From assembly GCA_947581765.1 (NCBI GenBank), contig CANPVU010000004.1:1-61577 (forward strand): a stretch of DNA of 61,577 bases. The letters run 5' to 3'. Positions 27,877 to 39,181 of this stretch are shown in pieces. Within the stretch, counting starts at the first letter, position 1; the number at the start of each line of letters is the position of its first letter. A program made the translations under genes and the position numbers. The notes under the pieces are model-generated. The model saw only the letters and a program-made list of their open reading frames with translations, searched no databases and had not been told where the DNA came from. The DNA comes from an uncultured Bacilli bacterium (lineage in GTDB: Bacteria; Bacillota_I; Bacilli_A; RF39; UBA660).

Positions 27877-30800
27877 TTATCTTTCTAAATCTTCATCATT
27901 GGTTTCTTCAACACTTCTAGTGTTTTCTTGTTTATCTAAATCAAGTTCACTATCAATTCGTGCTTTTTCTTTTTGTAGTTCTCTAATTCTATCATTTTGA
28001 GTAAATGGTTTATCAAGTTCTTCCTTAATATCAATGAGTTGCTTTTCATTATAAGCAATTTGTTCTTTTGTAGTATTTATTTTATTACCAAAACTTTTTA
28101 AAATATTTTCTAATTTATAAATATTACCTATCTCATCTAAATTACTTATTTCAACTTTATACTTTCCTACACCTTTTACATAGACAACTGGTTTATAACA
28201 TAATTCATCTTTTGTTCCTACAATATCAAAACCACTAATTTCTCCTAGTTTTATTTCTTCATTAGTTTTTAATAAAGATAAACTTTGATAAAACTTTGTA
28301 CTTGCATCTTTTCTTGAATCAAATAATTGATCTCTAATAGTAATTTGAAAATTATCAGCTGATAAATCTTTTACTTTTAAAATATCAGTTTCAAGATTAC
28401 TTAAATATTGAGTTTGATATTTTAATTGTCTAGGTAAATCACGATTATATTTTGTTTCTAATTCAATATGTGATTTATCATATCTACTTTTAGATAAATA
28501 TAATTGTTTTAGTTCATTTTCAACTTTAAACTTATCTAATATTAATGGATTACCACTTGCAAGTGCTTTTACTTCTGCATAAGTTAATGTATCTCTATCT
28601 AAATCTTCGGCAGTTCTTCCACCACCATTACTATTAACCATAATTTGATTTATGAAAGTTGATTTAGTTTGAATTAATTGATATGAATATGCATCAAAAC
28701 TACCCTCGGTTACATATCTATATATCTCAACTTCTTCATTTTGATTACCTTGCCTTAAAATTCTACCTTCTCTTTGTTCAATATCAGATGGTCGCCATGG
28801 ACAATCGAGATGATGTAATGCAATTAATTTATCTTGAACATTCATTCCTGCTCCCATCTTTGATGTTGATCCTATTAAAATTCTTTTTGTACCATTTCTC
28901 ATATCTTCAAATAATTTTAATTTTTGTGGATTAGTTTTAGCATTATGAATAAATTCTATTTCTGCTTCTGGAACACCTTTTTCCATTAGTTTAGTTTTAA
29001 TATCATCATATATATTAAATGTCCCATCAGTTTTAGGTGTAGATAAATCACAAAAGACAAGTTGTGTTAACTTGTCTTCTCTGTTTTCCAACCATATTCT
29101 ATAAATGTTTTCTACTGCCATATTTATTTTTGAATTAGGTAAGTCTGGCATAGTTGGATCTATCATTCTTAAATCTAATGCTGCTTTTCTACCATCATTA
29201 GTTACAAGTAACATATTATCCTCTCGTGGATTACAACCATTTCTAATATGCTCACTTCTTTCAGATAACTTTTCAATATATTCTCCAAGTTGTTCACTTT
29301 TAGGTGCAACTATTGTTTTATAATCTCCACCTTTTAATTTTGGCACTGGTAAGTCTAACATCTTCGATGTTTTTATATCAGCAACTTCTTTGAATAAAGT
29401 CATTAACTCTGGAATATTAAAGAATTGTGCAAATCGTGCTTTCGTTCTAAAACCACTACCATCAGGTGCAATTTCAAAACTATTTACTATTTCTCCAAAA
29501 GTTGATGCCCATTCATCAAAATGTTCTAATCCCATTTCTCTTAATCTATCAAGTTGTAGATATTTTTGCATAGCAAATAATTCTCCCATTGAATTAGAGA
29601 TAGGAGTTCCTGTTGCAAATACTGCACCTTTTCCACCATTATTTTCAAGAATATAACTTATCTTCATAAATAAGTCAGTTGCTTTTTTACTTTCACTATT
29701 ATTTATACCTGCAACATTTCTTATTTTTGAATACATTGGTAAATTCTTAAACATATGTGCTTCATCAACTATTAGTTCATCAACACCAAGTTCTTCAAAT
29801 GTTACTACATCATCTTTTGGCCTATCTAATAATGTTTTTAATTTGGTATCCATACTCGTTTTAATTTGTTCAAGTTTTTTAACGCTTAAACTATCACCAG
29901 ATTCTTCTTTAATTCTTTCAATAGCATTTACAACTTCTTCTATTTCTTTTTCTATATGTTTTTGTTCATATTCTTTACTCATAGGAATTAATCCAAAACT
30001 TGAATGTGCAATTAAAACTGCATCATATTCTCCTGTTGCTATTTTTCCCATAAGTTTTTTTCTTCTAGTTTTTTCAAAATCTTTTTGAGTTGCTACAAGT
30101 ATATTTGCCGTTGGATATAATTTTAAGATTTCATTTGCCCATTGCCCTAACAAATGATTAGGGACAACAAACATTGGTTTACTAACAATACCTAGTCTTT
30201 TTAATTCCATTGCACTAGCAATACACTCATAAGTTTTCCCTGCACCTACTGCATGAGCAAGTAAAGTATTACCACCATATAAAACACGAGCAACTGCATT
30301 TTTTTGATGTTCACGAAGTTCTATATTTGGATTCATTCCATCGAAAGTAAGATGACTACCATCAAACTCTCTTTCTTTCATACAATTAAATTGTTCATTA
30401 TAAAGTTTTTTTAGTCTATTTCTTCTTTCTTCATCTTTCCAAATCCATTCTTTAAACTCTTGTTTTATTAATTCTTGTTTTTCTCTAGCATTTGCAGTTT
30501 CTACAGGATTTACTACTCTTCGATCATCATCTAATTTATCATATATAGTTACACTTTGAAGATTTAAAGCATTTTTTATTAAAGATAAAGCATCTGCTCT
30601 ATCAGTTCCCCAAACACTTGTATTCTTAACTCCATAACCATATAAGCCACTTGCTTGAAATAACCATGTATTTACTTCTTTTGCATATTTTATCTTTAAT
30701 CTACTTTTATTCCAACTTTGAATATCTAATAATTCACAACAAAATTGATGATATACATCTTCTGGTACCCAAGTAGATCCTAACTTAACACTTATCTCAT

Positions 30801-33800
30801 CATATTCAAGTGGTGTAGGTTGTACTCTTTCAAGTGCCTCAATGTTTTTATCAAACTTATTATCTTCATTTATTGATTTAGCATAATTAAGTTTATGTTT
30901 AACATTACCACTTAAATATTCACTTGCGATTACCCAACCTTTATTAAAGTCATTTAATTTTTCAGGATCTTGATAGATTAAATTATCAAGCTCTTCTATA
31001 ATTTCATCATCAGTTTTTGGATATAATGTTTTCATATATTCAAAATCTACACAACCACGATTATTAAGTGAATACTTTAATGCATCTTCTGCAGTTTCAG
31101 CACTTGTTATTACTTTACTTTTTCTTATTGTTCTTTTAGTAAAGACATCTCCCTTTTCATATTTAGGTTTATCATCTTCTATGTCTTCATCTTCTTTACT
31201 AACTTTATTTTCAATAGATGTAAGTAAATAATAATCTGGATCGCTTTCAAATGCTCTTGCATTTACACTATCATTAATATAACCATATCTTTTATAAAAC
31301 TCATCATATTCTTTACTTAACTTTTCTTGTGCTAGTGATAATTCTTCATCACTACCATCACGAAGTTGTATATCAAATACATCTCTTAAAGCATTTTTCA
31401 CTTTACAAAGACCAATAATTCTTTTTGCTACCATACCCTCTTGAATAGAATATGGAACTAAACTAGAGAATTGTCTTTGATATATTATGTCTTTTCCATC
31501 TTTATTAATAATGGTAAAAGCATTATTCTTAATACTATCATCTGCGTCTAATACATCTAAATTAGTATCATTGTTTTCTATAAAACTACTTTGTTCATAT
31601 ATGTTACTTGGTAATTGTCTTAATGCTCGTTGCATTATTTCATTTATATCTTTATCTTCAAATGGAATACAAGTTGCCATATCAAAATGTGTTGTAGTTT
31701 CCATTTTACCAAGCATCATATTTGGATTATCAATATAATAATTATTGATAGTTATCCCATCTTCATTTTCACTTGTATAAATCCATTTTTCTTCACTTAT
31801 ATCTTGTTTTAATTCATCTCTCTTTTTTAAGAAAATAATATCAGATGTCACTCTTGCATTAGCATTATTTGTAAATGTATTATTTGGTAATCTAATTGCA
31901 CCTAAAAACTCTGCTCGTTTTGCAATATACTCTCTTACTCTTGTATCTTTCTTATCAAGTGTTCCATCAGTAGTTATAAAAGCAATTATTCCACCATCTC
32001 TAACTTTATCAAGTGTCTTTTGGAAGAAATAATCATGTATTAAAAACTTATCTTTATATCTTTTATCATAGACAGTATTACTTCCAAAAGGAACATTACC
32101 AACTGCAACATCAAATAACTCATCTGCTACTTTTGAATTTTCATAACCAGTTATTTCTATTTTTGCATTAGGATAAAGTTTTTTAGCAATTCTTCCACTT
32201 ATACCATCTAACTCAACACCATATAATTTAGATTTATTAAATTCTTCTGGTAATCTACCGAAGAAATTTCCAATAGCACAACTTGGCTCTAAAATATTCC
32301 CTTTTTCAAATCCAAATTGTTTAAGTGCATTATATATTCCATCTATTACCATATTTGGAGTATAAAAAGATGATAAGGTTGAATGTGCAACTGCTTTATA
32401 TTCTTCATCACTTAAAAGTAATTTTAATCTTTCTCTTTCACTTTTCCAATTATCTTTTCTTTCATCAAAAGCATCAGCAATTCCACCCCAACCTACATAA
32501 CGAGATAAAATGTCTTGTTCTTCTTTTGTTGCGTTTCTATCTTCATTTTCAAGTTGTTTCAAAATTTCAATAGCTTTTATATTATCTTCAAATCTTGATT
32601 TTGCTCCAAAACTTCTTTCAATTTTACTATCGTCAATATGATAATTAAATGTTGGATACTCATCCTTGACTTCAGTTTCAATATTTCTTATTTCATAAGT
32701 AATATCAGATACTTCATTAACTATTTGTTCTAATTCTTGACTATCAATTTCACCTTGATTTATAAGTTTCGTACTAGGTATATCCATATCAAATTGCTTT
32801 TCGTCAAAATTATTCCAATAAATATGAATCATATTTGGAGTAAATCTTATTGAAAAATCCTTATCTTTATATAAGGATTGAATAAAAGCGTTATTTAATA
32901 TTAATTCATTTAATTTTATTTCTTCAGTTTTGTCAGTATTAAAAAATGTAAAACTATTTTCACTATCAGCATAATCATCAATCAAAGAACTTTTTAAAAT
33001 TATAGATAAATTTCTTTTTTTACTAGATATATGTTCCCATCGTTGTAACTCAACATTGTATATTTCAAAAGTATTCATATATCTTGTATCAAAGGAATTA
33101 AATATACCGCATATTTTATTAGCTAATAAATTTTCTCTTGATTCAAACAAAGATAATTGTTCTACATCTTCATCTATTATATTTTTTAGCTCATTACTTT
33201 CTAATTTTTCCTTATGCTTTTTTTCTTTTTCAACAGCATAAATACGCTCTAAGATTTCATAATTTACTCCAGTGTTAATTTCAATAGATTCTAGACTTTT
33301 TTTTAAATCATTATCTATAATATCCTCTTCAATTATAGAAATAATTTCTTCTTTAATTTTATCTAAAACTATAACATATTTATTGATTTCCTTATATAAA
33401 CTACAGCTTTCTTTATTAATAACTTGCATACATTTCATGATATTATCCATTGACAATTTTTTTAATTGTGAATATGAACTTTCTGTATCTATTGGAATAT
33501 CTTTACCTATTTTAGTTAAAATAATAGAGGATATAGATTCACTCACAAATTTTTTTTCGTCTAAACTCAAATTTGAATAATTATTATTTAATAAATTATC
33601 TATATTCACTTTTAATGCAATAGTAAATTTTTCAGAAATTGATATATCATTTCTATTAAGTTCTAATTTATTCTTGAAAGAATAAATATTAGCTATATCT
33701 TCATCATACTTTGCATTATATTTCCAAATAATAAATGATTTTCCATAAGTTTGAGCTATATCAAAAACGTATACTTTATAATCATTTTTTAAAATTGGGA

Positions 33801-34041
33801 TTCCATGACTCCCTCTTTTTATTCTTCTATTCACAGATTCTTTATTCCAATCATCAAAGGTTGCAAATATTTTGCCTCTAGGATTATATGAATAAATATT
33901 AAGTAAGTTATCAATAGAATGATAACCTAAATTTTCAGACCAAAATCTAATAAAATCATGCCAACCTTTATCATAATTAAGTATATCTTTAATGGTTTCA
34001 TCACGATTATTGTAAAAAAAATTAACAAATTTTTTATTCAA
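27877..34041 (-). CDS. Giant N6-DNA methyltransferase / SNF2 helicase fusion (DarB-like) with ArdC-like N-terminus
   Basis: ATFDDW...[12 protein letters not shown] (ArdC-N-like); [10 protein letters not shown] and GNVPF methylase motifs; [13 protein letters not shown] and [11 protein letters not shown] helicase motifs. Confidence 0.9.
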   Translation of the reverse strand: MNKKFVNFFYNNRDETIKDILNYDKGWHDFIRFWSENLGYHSIDNLLNIYSYNPRGKIFATFDDWNKESVNRRIKRGSHGIPILKNDYKVYVFDIAQTYGKSFIIWKYNAKYDEDIANIYSFKNKLELNRNDISISEKFTIALKVNIDNLLNNNYSNLSLDEKKFVSESISSIILTKIGKDIPIDTESSYSQLKKLSMDNIMKCMQVINKESCSLYKEINKYVIVLDKIKEEIISIIEEDIIDNDLKKSLESIEINTGVNYEILERIYAVEKEKKHKEKLESNELKNIIDEDVEQLSLFESRENLLANKICGIFNSFDTRYMNTFEIYNVELQRWEHISSKKRNLSIILKSSLIDDYADSENSFTFFNTDKTEEIKLNELILNNAFIQSLYKDKDFSIRFTPNMIHIYWNNFDEKQFDMDIPSTKLINQGEIDSQELEQIVNEVSDITYEIRNIETEVKDEYPTFNYHIDDSKIERSFGAKSRFEDNIKAIEILKQLENEDRNATKEEQDILSRYVGWGGIADAFDERKDNWKSERERLKLLLSDEEYKAVAHSTLSSFYTPNMVIDGIYNALKQFGFEKGNILEPSCAIGNFFGRLPEEFNKSKLYGVELDGISGRIAKKLYPNAKIEITGYENSKVADELFDVAVGNVPFGSNTVYDKRYKDKFLIHDYFFQKTLDKVRDGGIIAFITTDGTLDKKDTRVREYIAKRAEFLGAIRLPNNTFTNNANARVTSDIIFLKKRDELKQDISEEKWIYTSENEDGITINNYYIDNPNMMLGKMETTTHFDMATCIPFEDKDINEIMQRALRQLPSNIYEQSSFIENNDTNLDVLDADDSIKNNAFTIINKDGKDIIYQRQFSSLVPYSIQEGMVAKRIIGLCKVKNALRDVFDIQLRDGSDEELSLAQEKLSKEYDEFYKRYGYINDSVNARAFESDPDYYLLTSIENKVSKEDEDIEDDKPKYEKGDVFTKRTIRKSKVITSAETAEDALKYSLNNRGCVDFEYMKTLYPKTDDEIIEELDNLIYQDPEKLNDFNKGWVIASEYLSGNVKHKLNYAKSINEDNKFDKNIEALERVQPTPLEYDEISVKLGSTWVPEDVYHQFCCELLDIQSWNKSRLKIKYAKEVNTWLFQASGLYGYGVKNTSVWGTDRADALSLIKNALNLQSVTIYDKLDDDRRVVNPVETANAREKQELIKQEFKEWIWKDEERRNRLKKLYNEQFNCMKEREFDGSHLTFDGMNPNIELREHQKNAVARVLYGGNTLLAHAVGAGKTYECIASAMELKRLGIVSKPMFVVPNHLLGQWANEILKLYPTANILVATQKDFEKTRRKKLMGKIATGEYDAVLIAHSSFGLIPMSKEYEQKHIEKEIEEVVNAIERIKEESGDSLSVKKLEQIKTSMDTKLKTLLDRPKDDVVTFEELGVDELIVDEAHMFKNLPMYSKIRNVAGINNSESKKATDLFMKISYILENNGGKGAVFATGTPISNSMGELFAMQKYLQLDRLREMGLEHFDEWASTFGEIVNSFEIAPDGSGFRTKARFAQFFNIPELMTLFKEVADIKTSKMLDLPVPKLKGGDYKTIVAPKSEQLGEYIEKLSERSEHIRNGCNPREDNMLLVTNDGRKAALDLRMIDPTMPDLPNSKINMAVENIYRIWLENREDKLTQLVFCDLSTPKTDGTFNIYDDIKTKLMEKGVPEAEIEFIHNAKTNPQKLKLFEDMRNGTKRILIGSTSKMGAGMNVQDKLIALHHLDCPWRPSDIEQREGRILRQGNQNEEVEIYRYVTEGSFDAYSYQLIQTKSTFINQIMVNSNGGGRTAEDLDRDTLTYAEVKALASGNPLILDKFKVENELKQLYLSKSRYDKSHIELETKYNRDLPRQLKYQTQYLSNLETDILKVKDLSADNFQITIRDQLFDSRKDASTKFYQSLSLLKTNEEIKLGEISGFDIVGTKDELCYKPVVYVKGVGKYKVEISNLDEIGNIYKLENILKSFGNKINTTKEQIAYNEKQLIDIKEELDKPFTQNDRIRELQKEKARIDSELDLDKQENTRSVEETNDEDLER

Positions 34042-34091
34042 AATTTTCCCCCCCTCAAAAAAATTGGTATATTTCTATACCAAAAATTTAG

Positions 34092-36059
34092 TTATTTTAA
34101 ATAAATCTCTATTTTTGAATTTCTGTTTTTTCTATTTATCTTTTCTTTGTTTGAAATAATTGAAAAATTAAAATTCATGTGTTCAGATAAAGTTGTTAAT
34201 TGTAGAATATCTACATTTGACATGATTGAAGATAAGTATAAATCAACACGATTTACATTGTTATAATTTACATATTGCACTTCATAATCAACATTTATAA
34301 ATATTTTTAAAACTTCATCTATTATTTCATCAAGTTTTCTCTTAATATCATTATTTATTGAATCTAATTCAAATTTTTCAGATTGCACTTTTGATTGTAT
34401 ATCATTATTATTATTCAACTGTATATCTTCAACAGTATAATAAGTATCAACAAGTCTTTGTAAAGGTCTTTTAGTTCTTTCTATTTCTCCAGACCTATAA
34501 CAACTAAATTTTTTATAAATAATAGTATCTCTTAATATTGGATATCCTTTTGTTGGAAATATAATTATCTTATAATGTAATTGTTTTATTTCATCAGCTG
34601 TCATAAGACTTCTACTAATCAATGATGTATTTTTACTACCATTATTATTAATAAAACTCATTGAGTAATTTACTGAAGATGTTAAAACACCATGCGCTCC
34701 TAATCTTTTACTTATTTCATCAGCTGTACTTTGTGTATTTGTTTTTAAATATGCTAACCCACAGTTATCTTGAATAATTTGACTAACTTCTTTACCATAT
34801 AAATTATCCAATTGAGCAAAACTTTGTAAAAAGAAATTAAACCACATACCCCTGCTTCTTGCTACACTAACCATTGTAGTAATATCTGATAATGGTGGTG
34901 TATTAGCAAACTCATCTAACATAAATACTAAATCATAAGGAAGTCTTTTATTTTCTTGCTCATTACATAATAAAACCAAAGTTTTATAAATTAATGAAAC
35001 AATTATAGAAATTAATGAATAGTAGATTTTTGATTCATCTGGAATGCAACAATATAATACGGTAGGTTTCTTACCCAAAACATCAAAATCAAAATCCGAA
35101 TTAGATGTAATATTTTCTACATTGACATCATCATATAAAGTCATTCTTTCATTGAATGTTGATGTTATAGATCTATATGTTGTATCTGATATATTTAATA
35201 TTGGTAATAATTTGTCTTTGCTTTTCATCTCATAAGTTTTAGACTCCATATATTTTTTTAATTTTTTGTTATTTGTTTCTGTCATAGAACTATTTTGAAA
35301 CTTTTTTACAGATGTCAAAGTAATTTGATTTCTATTGATTTTACCATCAGCATATTCTTCCAAAAATAAAAAAATAATGCCATACAATAAATCGGCACTA
35401 CTATTATTCCAAAACTTCTCACGAGCAGTTGTATCATCCATTATCATTTTAGATATATCATTAACCAATTGATTTGCTTCTGCAAAATGAATTATTGATT
35501 TATTTTTATACTCCATTTTTTTATCTTCGTTTATTTCATTTTCACTTAATTTTTTAAAATTATTATATAACTCATATTCCTTTATTACTGGTTCAAGTAA
35601 ATTTATATGATGACTATATTCTGGGTGTCTAAAGTCAAGAGTTATTACATCATAACCATTTTCTTTAAACAATTTACTTGTTGTCGAAAAAATCTCTCCT
35701 TTAGGATCGGTAATAAAAACACTTTTTTTAGTTTTTGCAGTTGCAATAAAAGAGCAACTTGGAATAACAGCAGTAGCACTTTTTCCACTACCTGTAGAAC
35801 CTAAATAAATCCAATGAGGTGTTTCCATATCAAACCATACCTTTTTATTATTTTTACTATAATATATCGGAAAACCACTTTCATCTATATTATCTATATA
35901 TTCTAAATGGAAATTCTTTTTTATTTCAGTTAATGTGGCCCATCTTGCAGATCCATGTTCTTTATTGTCCTTTATTTTTTCTTTTGAAATCAAAGGTTCT
36001 ACAAATAGCAATATAATAATAATTACAAAAATTAATAAACTTACAACTACTAATTGCAT
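34092..36059 (-). CDS. VirD4/TraG-like type IV coupling protein
   Basis: EHGSARWA, GSTGSGKS, TDPKGE, MLDEFAN, SVARSRG and QSFAQL motifs. Start refined to 36059. Confidence 0.92.
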   Translation of the reverse strand: MQLVVVSLLIFVIIIILLFVEPLISKEKIKDNKEHGSARWATLTEIKKNFHLEYIDNIDESGFPIYYSKNNKKVWFDMETPHWIYLGSTGSGKSATAVIPSCSFIATAKTKKSVFITDPKGEIFSTTSKLFKENGYDVITLDFRHPEYSHHINLLEPVIKEYELYNNFKKLSENEINEDKKMEYKNKSIIHFAEANQLVNDISKMIMDDTTAREKFWNNSSADLLYGIIFLFLEEYADGKINRNQITLTSVKKFQNSSMTETNNKKLKKYMESKTYEMKSKDKLLPILNISDTTYRSITSTFNERMTLYDDVNVENITSNSDFDFDVLGKKPTVLYCCIPDESKIYYSLISIIVSLIYKTLVLLCNEQENKRLPYDLVFMLDEFANTPPLSDITTMVSVARSRGMWFNFFLQSFAQLDNLYGKEVSQIIQDNCGLAYLKTNTQSTADEISKRLGAHGVLTSSVNYSMSFINNNGSKNTSLISRSLMTADEIKQLHYKIIIFPTKGYPILRDTIIYKKFSCYRSGEIERTKRPLQRLVDTYYTVEDIQLNNNNDIQSKVQSEKFELDSINNDIKRKLDEIIDEVLKIFINVDYEVQYVNYNNVNRVDLYLSSIMSNVDILQLTTLSEHMNFNFSIISNKEKINRKNRNSKIEIYLK

Positions 36060-36060
36060 T

Positions 36061-36309
36061 TTATCTTTCCACTTCTTTATCAATAAAAGTATTTTTTAAA
36101 AAATTTACTTGTTCTTTTTTAAACTCTATTATTAATTTGTACTGACACTTCTCTGTTTGCACTTTAGTTTGTTCTAATTTTGTTTCCAACTTTCCAATAT
36201 CTTTTTCCAACTTTTTAATTTCATTCAAAACAATTCCTAATTGCTTATCATACTTTTCCAATTTTAATTGTATATTAGAAAATTCTAAATTTAATTTTGT
36301 AAAATCCAT
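36061..36309 (-). CDS. Hypothetical coiled-coil protein
   Basis: 82-aa ORF in an operon with the T4CP gene. Confidence 0.65.
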   Translation of the reverse strand: MDFTKLNLEFSNIQLKLEKYDKQLGIVLNEIKKLEKDIGKLETKLEQTKVQTEKCQYKLIIEFKKEQVNFLKNTFIDKEVER

Positions 36310-36317
36310 TGTAATTC

Positions 36318-36653
36318 CTACCTTTCTATTTCTTCTTTATAAAAATCATGATTATCATCTTCAACAGCCTGTAAAATATCATCATAATCCATATCTTTTA
36401 TTTTTTCAATAAAAGAGTTATCTTTGGCATAACATTCAGTTAAAAAATAAGCGATTTGAGATGTTGACAAATTACTATATTCATCATCCAAATATAAATT
36501 GTATGACAATTCTTGAATATTAATTGCAGTTTCATCATCAACATTAATTTCTTCATTTTTTGAAACATCATAGATGCTATCATATATACAATATATATTT
36601 AAATTAGCCTTATCTTCATTTGATAATCTTTTATACATTTCTAAAATATTCAT
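36318..36653 (-). CDS. Hypothetical acidic protein
   Basis: 111-aa ORF with GGAGGAGG RBS. Confidence 0.7.
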   Translation of the reverse strand: MNILEMYKRLSNEDKANLNIYCIYDSIYDVSKNEEINVDDETAINIQELSYNLYLDDEYSNLSTSQIAYFLTECYAKDNSFIEKIKDMDYDDILQAVEDDNHDFYKEEIER

Positions 36654-36753
36654 TTTTTTCCTCCTCCCTAGAACATCTACTTGATACTACCAAAGTAGAA
36701 TAAATAAAAAGCAATAAGACTAATCCTATTGCACTTAATATAATTAATAACAT
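36631..36753 (-). CDS. Small membrane peptide (40 aa, CSREEE motif)
   Basis: Hand-translated MLLIILSAIGLVLLLFIYSTLVVSSRCSREEEKNEYFRNV* with AAGGAGG RBS; paralogue at 50270-50386. Confidence 0.6.
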   Translation of the reverse strand: MLLIILSAIGLVLLLFIYSTLVVSSRCSREEEKNEYFRNV

Positions 36754-36804
36754 AAGTTCCTCCTTTCATCATATAAAAAAAATTAAAATTAAAAAAATCT
36801 AATC

Positions 36805-37191
36805 TTATCTATCATTATTTAAATTATTATCTTGGTTTATTTCTCTATACTTTAATTCTTCATACTGTTTATAATCTTCTGGAGAACATTTCTTTAGTAA
36901 TTCATGATTTAATGAAACCATATAGTATTTACCATTATTATATTTATATGTTTCAATAGGTTCTCCAATAATCCCTTTATCATTTAGAAAACTTATTAAT
37001 TCATTATCTAAATTTCCATTCATAAAAACATAATTGTCTGATGGTAAATATAGATCTGTTAAATTAACTGTAATATCATCAAAAGGTTCATCAATTAAGT
37101 CTAATCCGACATATATTCTATCATTATTATAAATTCCTACACTTAAAAACAAGTCATTTCCTTTATAAATTCCTATACTTTTCCTATTCAT
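36805..37191 (-). CDS. DUF4313-like ICE protein
   Basis: Y.NDRIYVGL...EPFDDITVNL pattern. Confidence 0.6.
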   Translation of the reverse strand: MNRKSIGIYKGNDLFLSVGIYNNDRIYVGLDLIDEPFDDITVNLTDLYLPSDNYVFMNGNLDNELISFLNDKGIIGEPIETYKYNNGKYYMVSLNHELLKKCSPEDYKQYEELKYREINQDNNLNNDR

Positions 37192-37399
37192 AACTTTCCT
37201 CTCTTTCTTACAAAAAAAAAGAACATTACTGTTCCTTTAATATATTTACTTTTTACTTCTCTTGATTATATTTAAAAGCATATCCCTCACTAATACATAA
37301 TACTTTATCGTCAATTTCTAATTTTTCATTTTTTCTTATGATGAAATCCATTTTACTATCAACTTTTTCCTTAATTTTTCAATACATTTTAAATGTATT

Positions 37400-39181
37400 T
37401 TACCTTATTAAATCAATAATTCTCTTTTTCATTATTTTATTAACTGGTAATTTTATAAGAATATAAATATATACTAAATAAATAAAGATAAAGAGTAACA
37501 AAATTATCAATGGTGGAAATAGGTTTATATTAAATATAAATTTTATAAGCAAATTAATAAAAAATAATAAAACACAACTAAATAACAAACTTTTTATATA
37601 TCTAAAAAAATATTCTTTTTTAATATTTTTAGTTATTCTCTTTTTATCAATATTGAATAGTTGCATATAACCTATTTCTTTTTTTCTAAAATGAAGTTGC
37701 AACATTATTTCATTCGACAAAAACAACAAGACAATAATACTAGAAAATATAATAATCAAAATCAATATATTAAATAAAAAATTTATACTACTTTGAGAAG
37801 ATTCTATTTTATTATCCCAATACAGATAAACTCCTAATTTTTTTAATTTTGTTACATCTGACTTATTCCCATATAAATTTTTAGTTGAAGCAAAAAGCAC
37901 TTTACTATTTTTTATTTCTCCAAACGTTTTTAAATAATCATAAGGAACCAACATGATATAATCTTTATTACTCAAAGAATAATAAGGATTTGAATCATTA
38001 GCCAAATTAATTATTTTTTCATTTGAAGATATTATTCCTGATATAACAAATTTTTTATTATCAAAAGTTATACTCATCCCTATAGTTTTTTCTGCATCCA
38101 CGTTTGGAAAAAAATTGTTAACTAAATTTAAATTAACCAAAATTTCATTGTTTTTTACTGGGAACTTTCCATATATTAAATTTTCTTTATTTTTAAAATA
38201 ACTATCACAATAATCTGGAAGAATATAACTTTTTATACCATTAGAAAATTCATAATAATAATTATCATATAATTTTAAATCTATAATATCACTTACTTGT
38301 TCATACGTATTTTTTTCAACTTCAAAAGAATTTAATGGATATTTGTCTTTCAGTAAATTTATATACTCATTTTTAAAATTAAATCTAAAACCTAATATAA
38401 ACAAAAATAATGTTAATAATATAGTCGATACCAGAAAACTCTTTTTTGAAGAACTTTTTTTTAATTTGTTAATAACATATTTTTTATCAATCTCTTTAAA
38501 ATTAATTTCACATTTTTTTTCTTTGAAATTTGGCTCACAATTTTTTTGAAACTTTTTTGAATTATTTTTAGAAACTACTTTGTCAACATTTCCATAATCC
38601 AAATAAATTATTTGATCTGCTATTTCATCAAAATAATTATCATGTGTCGAAATAATAATTATTTTATTAAAGTTTTTAATTTTATTAAATTCTTTAACTA
38701 TAATTTTAGCATTATTTTCGTCTAATGAAGCTGTTGGCTCATCAGCTAAAATTAAATCATTATCAACCAATAACATTCTGCACAAAGCTACTCGTTGTCT
38801 TTCTCCACCTGATAGTTCATTTGGATACTTATCAAGAAAACTTAATACTCCAAATAATTCAGCATAATAATTTATTTTTTCTTTATCACAACAAACCATC
38901 ATTAAATTTTCAATAACTGTCATATTAGAAAATAAATTACTAGCTTGTGTCATATATCCAACAAAATGATTTTTGCGAAAATCTTGAATAACATTACTAT
39001 CAATTATATATTCGCCACTATAATCTAAAACTATACCAGATAATATATTAAGTAAAGTTGTTTTTCCACTACCAGAAACACCTTTTATAACATATATGTT
39101 TCCAGGCATAAACGAATAACTTATTTTATTTAAAATTGTTTTATCACCATATTTCTTTGTAATTTTTTCTAATTTTATCAT
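37400..39181 (-). CDS. MacB/FtsX-like ABC ATPase-permease fusion
   Basis: GVSGSGKTT, LSGGERQR and ADEPT motifs followed by TM, extracellular domain and 3 TM. Confidence 0.88.
   Translation of the reverse strand: MIKLEKITKKYGDKTILNKISYSFMPGNIYVIKGVSGSGKTTLLNILSGIVLDYSGEYIIDSNVIQDFRKNHFVGYMTQASNLFSNMTVIENLMMVCCDKEKINYYAELFGVLSFLDKYPNELSGGERQRVALCRMLLVDNDLILADEPTASLDENNAKIIVKEFNKIKNFNKIIIISTHDNYFDEIADQIIYLDYGNVDKVVSKNNSKKFQKNCEPNFKEKKCEINFKEIDKKYVINKLKKSSSKKSFLVSTILLTLFLFILGFRFNFKNEYINLLKDKYPLNSFEVEKNTYEQVSDIIDLKLYDNYYYEFSNGIKSYILPDYCDSYFKNKENLIYGKFPVKNNEILVNLNLVNNFFPNVDAEKTIGMSITFDNKKFVISGIISSNEKIINLANDSNPYYSLSNKDYIMLVPYDYLKTFGEIKNSKVLFASTKNLYGNKSDVTKLKKLGVYLYWDNKIESSQSSINFLFNILILIIIFSSIIVLLFLSNEIMLQLHFRKKEIGYMQLFNIDKKRITKNIKKEYFFRYIKSLLFSCVLLFFINLLIKFIFNINLFPPLIILLLFIFIYLVYIYILIKLPVNKIMKKRIIDLIR

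Noticed and set aside
37253-37351. 32-aa minus-strand ORF (MDFIIRKNEK...)
   Set aside because: Too short, weak RBS, no recognisable motif; possibly a remnant.
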